NCBI RefSeq assembly: GCF_006345805.1
Contig: NC_042997.1
Coordinates: 149,916,001 to 149,980,000, forward strand
DNA from: Octopus sinensis
Taxonomy: Eukaryota
Direction: 5' to 3'
Length of the DNA: 64,000 nt
Part shown: in pieces, positions 53,240-64,000 of the stretch
How the letters are laid out: every line of letters begins with the position of its first letter
Position numbering within the stretch: the stretch's first letter is position 1
Made by a program: the position numbers and the translations under genes
The notes under the pieces: generated by a model
The model's input: the letters and a program-made list of their open reading frames with translations, nothing else
Told to the model about the DNA's origin: nothing
Database searches by the model: none

Positions 53240-53575
53240 GTAAAAACAATTAAGATTCAAGTGAGTTCCAATGAATTCACATGAATACGGTACTTAACTT
53301 AGATGCACCAGAAATCTATATGGTATTAACCATAAAATAATGTGGGGTGATTATAAACATTATATATGATTATAAACATTATATATGAATATGTATATCT
53401 ATATATCTATCTATCTATCTTTCTAACTATATATATATATATATATAATATATATATAATATGTATATGCATCTATGGGTACACGACATCACCAACAATG
53501 CAAATAACATGAAATACGTAAACAAACGATGGGAAAACGAGTGAAATACGTAAACGACCACGAAACCAACCGTTA

Positions 53576-53972
53576 AAAAAATGTGGACGCGCAAAATGTG
53601 GAACATGCCCCAACCTACTAGAAGACACGGATTTCCTTTACAAAAAAGAAGAGAGGTTTACAATTAAATCCAACTTCATTTGTGCTTCCGAGAATCGAAT
53701 TTTTGTTATAACTTGCTCGAGTTGTGGACATAACTACATAGGACAGAGAATTATGACACTGAGACAGAGAATCACACTACATAAGAAACAGATCCGGTTC
53801 CCGCAATACAGACATATTCCGTTGAGTGAACACATACAGAGACGTGCAGGTAATGTTCAGCCAAACTTCATAGTTTTCCCCATCTAGCAGTACAAAGAAA
53901 CAATGTATATACAAGAACGTTTAAATAAAGAAAATTAGTACATCGTAAAATGTAGAACACGTCTAAATATGA
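53576..53972 (+). pseudogene. Penelope GIY-YIG endonuclease remnant
   Basis: Translated by hand (absent from the ORF track): KKCGRAKCGTCPNLL..FTIKSNFICASENRIFVITCSSCGHNYIGQRIMTLRQRITLHKKQIRFPQYRHIPLSEHI..NFIVFPI*..RLNKEN*YI..RLN. Two stops, no frameshift. Confidence 0.9.
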
Positions 53973-54231
53973 ACGCCTACCAAGTTTTAACTCAGTATAT
54001 ATTTTCATTCATGATTTCATACCCATCTCACTACATTAACTTTTGAGTTTTTGTGTATATTCACCCTCTCCTCGAAAGATGAACAATTACCTCTCCTGTC
54101 CCCAATAATAACGATTACCAATTACCTCCCCTTCGATTTTTCTACTTGTTGAATCATTCATAAACTTGTCCTTGTCCACACACAACGGACTAAAATCTTC
54201 TTAAGAAGATACGAAATTTCAATAATTTCAA

Positions 54232-54264
54232 TGTTATGATTAGCGAAAGCGAAACCGGTCGACA
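54232..54264 (+). ncRNA. minimal type I hammerhead (family G) in the Penelope 3' pseudo-LTR, A3-U8 variant
   Basis: TGTT ATGATTA GC GAAA GC GAA ACCGGT C GACA. Confidence 0.7.
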
Positions 54265-54334
54265 AGCACAATATATATTAAAAACATATATTGAAACTAG
54301 GTAAAGTGTGTGCATTTTCCTTCTGTTACATATA

Positions 54335-54395
<61 letters not shown>

Positions 54396-54400
<5 letters not shown>

Positions 54401-54964
54401 GGAGCCCTTAATTATATTTCTATATGAATAATATTTTTCTGTATGAATAATATTTTGTCTAATGATTAATTCGTCTTTTGTGCTAGGTAACAACAATCTA
54501 TGTTATTACTCTTTTTAATTATATTCACATATTACTTGATAGATTTGTTCGTAAAATTTTTTACCGGCATGCCCTATATCGCCGAGTATATTTTGCGTCT
54601 GCGCAGAGGTTTGAAAAGTTAAGATTTACAAAATGTTTAGATCGACGCATGGTCTAACGCTCTGTGCATCTAGAATTAACAAAGGCGTCCCGCTGATGAA
54701 TCCGGCGTTAGCAAACATATTCTGTCTGTTTTGCTAGAAAGAGGTAGAAACTGATCAGTCCGGGATATATCGTTAATGGTAATTGTTTTTGATTTTCACT
54801 CTCGATGAATTTATCCCTTTTTGTGTCCCCAGCACTAGGCTACCTTATTTGCGAGCCCTTAATTATATTTCTATATGAATAATATTTTGTCTAATGACTA
54901 ATTCGTCTTTTGTGCTAGGCCACTGGTAACAACAATCTATGTTATTACCCTTTTTGATTATATA
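54396..54964 (+). mobile_element. ~450-bp partial-tandem hammerhead element (family H), retrozyme-like
   Basis: Direct repeats 54396-54524 and 54847-54964 (period ~451) enclose one hammerhead; flanked by (TA)n. Confidence 0.75.
54687..54766 (+). ncRNA. type I hammerhead ribozyme with intact catalytic core (family H)
   Basis: GTCCCG CTGATGA ATCC..TAGCAAAC..GTTTTGCTA..GGTA GAA ACTGATCAGT C CGGGAT: 6-bp helix I, 10-nt palindromic helix III, GUC site after 54760. The helix II closing pairs are imperfect. Confidence 0.85.
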
Positions 54965-54990
54965 TATATATATATATATATATACCAATT

Positions 54991-55480
54991 AAGGACGGAA
55001 CACGAAAAAGTGGACAGTCAACATGCTAGATATAGACGTCAAATCGCCATTCTCCACAAAGATTTTGTTCTCAAATAAAATAAAATTCAGCACGAATTAT
55101 ATAAATATATAAAAAAAAATATATATATATATATTTATATATATATATAAATATATACATACAAAATTTAGAGGACTGACCACTAAAAAAGTGGACAGCC
55201 TCTATGCTGTCAAAATCGTCATTTTTCACGAAGAATGTGTTCTCAAGAAAAAAATTCAGCAAAAATTCTAAGAGTAAAAATAAGCAAGACAAATGAAAAT
55301 ATACGAAAAAAAAAACCATTTCGTATATTTTCATTTGTCTTCCTTATTTTTACACTTTGGTTTTTTGCTGAATTTTTTTTTTTACGAACACATTCTTCGT
55401 GGAAAATGGCGATTTTGACGTCTATATCTATCATACAGGCTGTCCATTTTTTAGTGTTCAGTCCTCTAAATTTTGTATGT
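54991..55480. repeat. partial direct copy (54991-55110) plus ~325-bp imperfect palindrome (55157-55480)
   Basis: Arms ACATACAAAATTTAGAGGACTGA..GAAAATATACGAAA / TTTCGTATATTTTC..TCAGTCCTCTAAATTTTGTATGT. Confidence 0.85.
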
Positions 55481-55583
55481 AAAAAAATTTTAATCTTGTT
55501 TTTTTAAAAAATAAGCTAGGCCACTGGTTTTAATTGATGAATATGAATTTCTACCCTTATTTAAATTTATATATATCTGTGTG

Positions 55584-55615
<32 letters not shown>

Positions 55616-57404
55616 CGTGCGTGTGTGTGTATGTGTGTGTGTTTGGAGAGAGAGGGAGACAGACAGATACATACAGATATACGTTAATACATACATACAT
55701 ACATACATACATACATGCATGCATACATACATACATACATACATACATACATACATACATACATACATACATACATACATACATACATACATACATACAT
55801 ACGTACATACGTACATACATACGTACATAGTTCAGCAACAACATCGGTAAAAACTAGAGTATTTAGCCTTATCAAATTTATTTTGCATGAAGTTTAGATC
55901 AAGCTGTGGTATTTTTCAAGTCTTGGACTGTACAACGGTAGACACATATTTACTATTTGGAAGTCTACTGATATTTGGCCGTGTATTTCGAAGTATTTTA
56001 GCAACCAGCATTGCGCTATATTTGTTTATCTAACGGAACGTATTACATTTTTGTATTTATTCATTATATTTATATATTGTATTTTTTATGTATTTATTTG
56101 TTTTTGCACTTCCTGCTTCTCGGCACCTCTTGTTGTTTATTACTGGCTTCTTTCGCCAGAGCGGACATTTTGAAGGGCATGCATGTAGATGTATAATGAA
56201 TGGTATATTTTTCAGTAATATTCATAGTTTTAAGTAGGTTGTGTTTGAAATATGCGATTTGGTAGGTTTCAGAATGTTCAGAGAATGTAAGCTAACGCAA
56301 CAGCTGCTCTGTCAATAGCGATAAGATAAACAAGATAGACTTTTCCGGTGAAGAGTTAAATATTTTAATTTATCTGTAAGAATACGTGCTTGCAGAAGAC
56401 GTTTGCTATATTTCCAAACAAGTGGTAAAGAATTTTCTATCAGACATTTGCGCGGTTGAAAAATGGGAATGAATTTGTAAAAGATATTGAAACTCAAGAG
56501 TCAGAAAAAATTGGATGTGGAATCATTTGCAAAACGGAATCTTCAGAAACTGTTTCGAAGAATCTTTCAAGGGTTAAAGAAATGAATTTTTTGATTAAAA
56601 CAACGTACACTGTTTATATTAGTGGTACTAGTGTCATCATCTTGACTCTTGCTTTCACAAAGTTTCGGCTTCATTATGGATATCACATCTTAATTGTTGC
56701 TTTCATTACGTTTTTAACCTTCTTCAGGTGACTCGTGATTCCCTACAGTGCCTTGCACAGAGATTGAACTCAATATGCACTACATTCACCAATGTCTTTA
56801 TCCACTCTGCTATGGCCATAGACAGTGACATCCCTTGATATCTTATGTCGACTCTGGACTGATTAGATAATACAATTCTCTTCTCAAATTAGGCACTAAA
56901 GGGAACCACAAGATATCTGAAGGAAACTGGAGCGTACAACAGCCGAAATGTAGTGAAAGCAACAAGATGAAGAAACCACTTTGAATAATGTGTACATAAT
57001 AAAAATTCCTCATCTGAGAAATAAAGAACTGTAAAGCAAAGAATATCTGAAGAGTAATTTGTAAAATGGAAAGCTTATAAACATTACAAACAGAAATAAA
57101 GGAAGTGAAATATGAAACATTCAGAGATTTGAAAGGAACTTCCAGTAGTAGTAGTAGTAGTAGTAGTAGTAGTTTTTGTTTCTGATTATGTAGCTTTTAA
57201 GTAGTCCCGAATGCAATTAATCAAAGTGATCTGGACACACCGGCTTTTTTTTGGGGGGGGGGAAGGTCACAGTCCATCAAGAACAAAAGGACATAATGTA
57301 TCATTTTCTAAGCTGTTAGATTGTGATTTGAATGAGATTGCTCTCTATTTCTTCATAGTTTTCTCTCATATGCTGAAACAGTTTCTAATAATATTAACAT
57401 TAAA

Positions 57405-57883
57405 CAATAGAACCTCAGTTAACGAACGCCTCTCCTCACTGGCAAATCAGTTTACAAAATACTTTTCGAACGTAACACGTCTCGGATGACGAACAGTCTC
57501 GAGTGACGAACGTGCAAACCGGCATCATCGGCGACAAGCTAGGAATATCATCGGGAGAGCGTGAGTTGCTGTCTAGCTTTCGCTCAGTGTATATCCCACC
57601 TCGAATTCGCTATGCCTTCTCATGAATTTCCCATGGAAAAAATAGACTTATTTTACGGACATTTTGGTTTCCGAAAGGCCTTCAGGAATAAAGTAAGCTT
57701 GTAAAACGTGGTTCCATTGCATATTGCGAATTAAAATTCTTCTTTTCATTAACACGCATACGTATCAGCGGTATTGTGGATAACAGTGTTAATAACTCAA
57801 GGATAAATATACATGTTTCCATTATTTCAACCCAGCTACGATAAATATCCTGGAACAAGTTCCGTATTGACGAGTTCAAACTA
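57405..57883. mobile_element. possible pogo/Tigger-like MITE
   Basis: Left end CAATAGAACCTCAGTTAACGAAC, subterminal (G)ACGAAC repeats, and a weak inverted right end CGAGTTCAAACT. Confidence 0.35.
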
Positions 57884-57996
57884 ATCAAAAGAGAAAGATA
57901 AAATCAAAATGTACTGTGGATAAAAATGATTTCATCACTAAAGATGAGATTAGTAATGAGAAAAAACAAAACAAGTCTCATTGACAAACGCTCATC

Positions 57997-58064
<68 letters not shown>

Positions 58065-58320
58065 GCCACAGCTGCATCCTCGTTACACGAGAAAAGCCAT
58101 TGCCAAGAAGACTTATTGAAATGATTCATGATTGTTGCCATTTGATGCTCTTATATGACTTTTACGCCCAGCCAAGCTTTTACACATTTTATTACATACT
58201 AAACAACCGTGCTATCTGGGAGGAGAAACAAGTGCCACCATATGCACTCTCTTAACATGTATATTTAGACCTCGAACTGAGAGGCACACCCTTCCACATT
58301 TTACACATGTTCTGTTGTGA

Positions 58321-58376
<56 letters not shown>

Positions 58377-59269
58377 TCCTATGTCAAATTAAGCATAAAT
58401 GAATTTCACATTAAACTGAAGGATTACTCAATACAATTTATAGAGTATATTTGTATTTATCAAACTTTTACAAGGAAAAGATTAGCAGTGACTTGAATAT
58501 TCTGATGTGCGGTCACTTTGCTCCCTCGCTTTGCTGCCGTTGTTATTTATGTCGATTTTGTAAGTTTTGTTACTGGAGGAGCAACAACAACAGCAACAAC
58601 ATGCTCGATATAAAAAAGAAATTACACGCATAACAAATACCTCTATATGAAACTTCAACTTTGCAATACTGCATTTATATCTCAACTTCGAAATCGTAGC
58701 AGATAAAATAAATATAGATTTCATAATCTTACATGATAAACAAAGACACCACCGATACCAACACCACTACTAACAACAACAATTACTACAATAGCAACAT
58801 CAACTTTCACATTCACATTCGAAAGATAAAACTTAGGAATATTGCTTGATTTATTAGACAGAAAGCCAAAAGAATGTTTGTTGACATCACTGTGTCTTTT
58901 ACTGTTGATGTACTTCAGTTTTCTTGCTTAATTGTTTTGTTCGGTTTTATGATTTGTTGTTACAGTTGCAGTTATTGATGCTGTTGCTGTTGTTGATTTG
59001 CTATTCTTATAGAAATGGTAGGATTGGGGGAAGCGATGAGGTGGTGCTGTTTATTTCATTTAATTATAATCTCTTATTTCTTTACTTTTCTGTTTTTGCT
59101 GAATAACCAAAGCAAATCTGGAAATTCTTAAGCTTTTGTGTCATATTGTGAAATTTGAAGGAAGAAAAGTAAAATATAAAACTAAAACTACTTACAAAAA
59201 CAAAAAAAAAACGAAAAACAGACAAAAGTAACATCGAAAATAAGAAAACAAAAATGGCACAAATGATAT

Positions 59270-59440
59270 ATATGATAATGATGATGACGACGACGACGAC
59301 GATGATGATGATCATGATGATGATAACAATAATAATGATAATGATAATGATGATGATAATGATAATAATAATAGTAATAAATAATGTTAACGATGATGGT
59401 GATGACAATAATGATAAAATCACTGATGTTGATGATGAAG

Positions 59441-59501
<61 letters not shown>

Positions 59502-59520
59502 CAACAACAACAACAACAAC

Positions 59521-59567
<47 letters not shown>

Positions 59568-59660
59568 TAATAACAATAATAATAATAACAATAATAATAA
59601 TAACAATAATAATAAGAATGATGATGACGATGATGATGATGATGATGATAATATTAATGA
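59270..59660. repeat. compound (GAT)/(AAT)/(AAC)n microsatellite
   Basis: Directly visible. Confidence 0.95.
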
Positions 59661-60123
59661 TGGATTATATTTTAAAAAAAGCAAGAACAGAAATATTTGC
59701 AGACCTGTGTGGAATGGACATTTCAGTAAAACGAGAAGTGACAAGTTCTAGCCATTTCATATATTAGTGACTGAAATAAAACCAATATATAAGAACTTTG
59801 ACAGAATACAAGATTAGGAGGAAGATAGAAAGATGATATTAAGTAGATTTTGTCACGAACAAAATTTGCTTTGTATTTATCTTCGTTTTATTTATTTCTT
59901 TCCTTATTGTTTTATATTTTCTACTGTATTTTCAGTTTTGAAATGAATAGATGACACTTTGCTACACACACACACGTGTGTGTGTGCGTGGTGTGTGTGT
60001 GTGTGTGTGTGTGTGAGTGTGTGTATACCTACATACACACATATAGTCACATATATTTATCTGTATATATGTATGTATATATATGTATATGCATATATAT
60101 ATATGTATGGATATGTATACATG

Positions 60124-60154
<31 letters not shown>

Positions 60155-63100
60155 GTAGGTGTATGTATATACATATGTATATATATACGTATATTTATCT
60201 ATCCATATATATATATATATATATATATATAATGGTCATCATCATCATCATCATTGTCATAGATTTGATTTACAAAACAGAATATGATGGAGAGAAAAAT
60301 CAACATTTTTATTTTTATTTTATTTTATTTTCATCTGAGAACCAGAGCCAGAGCGAACAGAGCATCACCACTAAGAACACAAAATTATTATATCTGATTT
60401 TCCTGATCGGATTTTGTCTAGATTAAGTTAGAGAGTAAATACACAACTAAAATTTCAGTCTTCATATGAAACGCAGAAAATGAATTTAATGACAGTTCTT
60501 GGTCAACAATGAGAAGATCAACGGGGAAAATGCTTAGACAACAGAGTACGGGACGATAGGCCTCCCAATATTTATTTTCATCCCTGATTCATCTCCGATT
60601 CAAATCAAATCTTCTTTTATCGGCTTAACTCATCATCCTACGAGGATCGGTTGAATATGTACGAGATTGTTGTTTTTATACTGTTTCTTCAGTTTAGCTC
60701 AAATACTAAACGAGATCTCTGATGAGAGACATTCAAGCAATGTTTATTCCATTTTTAAGGTGTTATATAGTTGTTAGTACATTCATGAATGTGTCCTTAA
60801 TGGGTCATTGTTTTCAAGAGAGAAGAAAAAAAAATGGTATTTGTTTTAAAAGAGAGATTTAGCGCTATATCTAATAGATGACACCAAGACGGTCATTTGC
60901 TGGCAAATGACCAGTAGATAATAGAGGAGATTGATTAAAAATAATTACCAGTCTATAGTAAATTATTGTGAACACGTGAAACAGCGAGAATCAAAACAAT
61001 GATACATTTATTCATCCTTAACATGTGCTGCTAGTTTTGCAGGGGAATATGCCAATCACTGCTGTACTTCACTTTCTTCTTCAGACTTCTTCAGACGTTA
61101 TGTGTTGACAATACAGCCGACGTTTCAATGGAGAAGTCTTTCTCCGAAGGCGAAATACGAAGGTTATTAGCATATTTCCATTCAAATCTACTGGTACATG
61201 ACAACGTTGTGTATATAAGCCATTGTTGTAATTACCAGTCTATAGTTATCAGAACAATATTTCTGCTAAATGCCTAACATATATTGAGGAAAGGAACACA
61301 AAAATTTATCCAGTAAACTTAATTACTTTTCTCTATGATATTACACATCATTACTAACATTACAAGGAAGTTAATACATAGAAAAAGAGAAGGCGAGTCT
61401 TTGGGGTTTGTGATATTGCTGATCTGCAATTTTTACGCCAGCAGGAAAGAACAAGGGAGTAGTAGGGAGCTGCTGCCGTCTACTACGATTATTTGCAAAA
61501 TATAAATTAATAAAATAATGGTTCGAAAGCATAATATTGAATGACCATGGGTTGTTATGTCCTGTTGAAAAATGTTCTCATTGCGAGGTTATAAAATTAT
61601 TGAATGCTCAATGTCGGGTAATTTATTTCTGTATGTACAGAAGTTTATGGATGAATGGAGAGCTCTCTCATTTCTGTAGAAAAGTGTATTGAAAGTGACA
61701 GTAATTAATCTCCAAGATACCACGCGAAGAGTTAAAAAAAAAAAACTTCACGGAAAGAATGTGAATCGTGAAGTTACCTGTCACTACCCTTATAGTGGTG
61801 TACCAGCGACATGGAATTTCTTATTCAAGAAAATTTGTTTTCATAGAGGATCTCGTGAAGAAATGGGGGATAGCCGAATTCAGTAAGAGCTGACGGAATG
61901 TCTATCAAGAATCAGTACATGCTACAATGGTTTGGCCTGAAAGGAATTTTATGATTCAAGAAATGAGTGATAAATAGTAGATAGGTGGTCAATTTAGTAA
62001 GATTGTTCAATTACCAGGCAATGTCGAAGCCTATTCTTAAAATAAAGGGTGTACATATTACTTTTAGCAAACGTTTTAACGAGGCAAGTTCGCGGGTTAC
62101 TCAAAACGAATTTTACCAGTATAACTGCCGCTACGAATAAGAATATTGTTCATTAAAAAAAAAGAATATTAATAACTATTTCTTCGGTAGCATTTAATAA
62201 CAATTTCATTAGATTCTAGAGTGTTGGTTTGTGCTATAAGGTTGTTTCCAAGAACATAAACAAATCTGTTCATCCTCGAGTATTATTACCTTAAGACATT
62301 CAGGGATAATTATTCTGCACAGTCATCTAAATTTCAGCTGACGTCGTAAGACGTAAGTATATATGCGTAGACGGTTCTGTTCAGTCGCAAAATTTGCAAC
62401 TGCCCTTAACCTTGGTTCATCCATTGATGTTTTTTGATGTTGTTCTTGTTGGGAATACTGTTTTTCTTGTTCATTCCAGCTTAGACATGTTTGAACAAAC
62501 ATACGATCGAATGTATTCCAATCATAAACATACCGTCATATTATTTTCCGAAATACTGTATCTAGGAGTATCTAGGACCACAGTAGCTAATATGCTATTC
62601 ATGTTTGCTTTTGTAAATGGATTTATGAGTTACGAGACATTTCAATACTATTTCTAGCAGATTAACTTTAATAAGAGTAACCACGTGCGTGTTTCCTCAT
62701 TCACCTGTCTGTTGTAGCTTCTCCTGTTGCTTTTGCTTCAAAATCTACTTTTACTGCTATCTCTACCTCTGTGCTGCTTCTATCTCTATATATGACGTCG
62801 TTCACACAATTGTTGTTGTTGCTTACTACACCTGAATGCAACTTACTGACCATTTTACTGTTCGTAAACTTCTTATCAAATATGGAAATACAGTCGCCAT
62901 TGGTTATATTATTTTTATTGCTGTTCTTACTATTTAAGTCATTGTTGATATTCTTTGTACCACTGCGTTTAAAATCACAGGAACAGTTATTATGCCTTTA
63001 CATTCGATGCCTTTACGTTAGATATCGACATATTCCTTTATACCAGCAGCGACGATAAAATATTTTTTTCTCTCACCAATCAGGCAGTCCAATATAACGT

Positions 63101-63711
63101 AAATTCTTATTAAAGATCTTTTCATCTCTTTTCGCTGACAAATCTTCCCTGTAAGAGTTGACACAATACAGAGCAAACATTCACAATAAAAGAAAACCCT
63201 CCTATACTTGGATTTTGCTCTCTACAAAATCAAATTAGACTTGAACTTGGAGTATACATTTTAATTTATAAATAATGATTTTACTGCGTCTGTGATAATT
63301 GCAATTCCCAAGTTCTCGTAAATATTACGTCTTCCTTGAAATAGAATCATAATAATTGTCTCTCGTAGAGGCACATTGACAGAAATTTGGTGAGAAGATT
63401 GCAACTTCTATCGACTATAGTGCTTTCTCTATCCAAGAAAGATCGGAGGGAAATTTAACTTCGACGAGATTTGGACACAAAATATAAATGAATCGAACCG
63501 AATACCACAATGTTTATTTTTTTCTTTTTTGGTTGAGCCTCTATTTTTACGTTAAGTATGATAAAATAAACTGCATCTATATTTATATCATGAAATTTAG
63601 GAGTACCACTATTACAAACGATACAATGAGTACCAAAACTTGAAATACACTTCAGTAGTACTGCCAACATCCAGTCAATAAAATAGTTAACAGAACAATG
63701 GAGTTTATTTT

Positions 63712-63930
63712 TGTGTGTGTTTTTGTACCAGTGTTTGTCCTCCCCATCACGACTTGACAACCAGCGTTGGTGTATTTACATCTCGTAATCTTAGAGGTTC
63801 GGCAAAAGAGAGCAATATATTAAGTACCAGACTTTAAAATGATAAGTAGTGGGGTCAAGCCATTCAATTAAAATCCTTCAAGGCGGTGCTCCAGCATGGT
63901 CACAGTCAAGTGGCCAAAACAAATAAAAAT
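63712..63930 (+). mobile_element. diverged 3' half of the abundant SINE
   Basis: GTTTGTCCTCCCC..CTTGACAACC..GGTTCGGCAAAAGAGA..AAGGCGGTGCTCCAGCATGG. Confidence 0.8.
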
Positions 63931-63948
63931 GACATACATATAATAGCC

Positions 63949-64000
63949 GTAGGCGTGGCTGTGTCGTAAGAAGCTTCCTTCCCAACCATATGATTCTGAG
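63949..64000 (+). mobile_element. SINE head cut by the window edge
   Basis: GTAGGCGTGGCTGTGTCGTAAGAAGCTTCCTTCCCAACCATATG matches the family head. Confidence 0.7.

Noticed and set aside
56441-56731. ORF after a good acceptor (TFARLKNGNEFVKDIETQESEKIGCGIICK...)
   Set aside because: No recognisable domain or donor site, and its phase is incompatible with the 25275 candidate exon.
61114-61152. Hammerhead 3' half on the minus strand (GGAGAA/TTCTCC, GAAACGTC GGCTG)
   Set aside because: The CUGANGA segment is absent and there is no second copy for reconstruction; possibly a relic, but not callable.

Overview
AT-rich, microsatellite-saturated animal genomic DNA made almost entirely of repeats. The SINE families and simple-repeat density point to an Octopus/cephalopod genome (inference). 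No host protein-coding gene can be called with confidence, and most listed ORFs are translations of microsatellites. Recognisable content: (1) decayed non-LTR retrotransposons - a 5'-truncated Tx1/L1-clade RT flanked by (TATC)n, an internally deleted R4/Dong-type element flanked by (TAA)n, and CR1/L2-like relics; (2) Penelope-like GIY-YIG endonuclease pseudogenes; (3) mariner relics, including a long-TIR mariner-derived family present twice; (4) about a dozen tRNA-derived SINEs. The main hidden signal is roughly ten apparently unrelated repeat families that each carry a type I hammerhead-ribozyme motif (CUGANGA...GAAA, with a self-complementary helix III typical of dimer-cleaving Penelope-associated hammerheads). 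They occur as ~450-nt tandem units, inverted/fold-back pairs, a tRNA-headed SINE-like element and Penelope pseudo-LTRs. All ribozyme calls were made by eye; folding, cleavage, family membership and novelty are untested.
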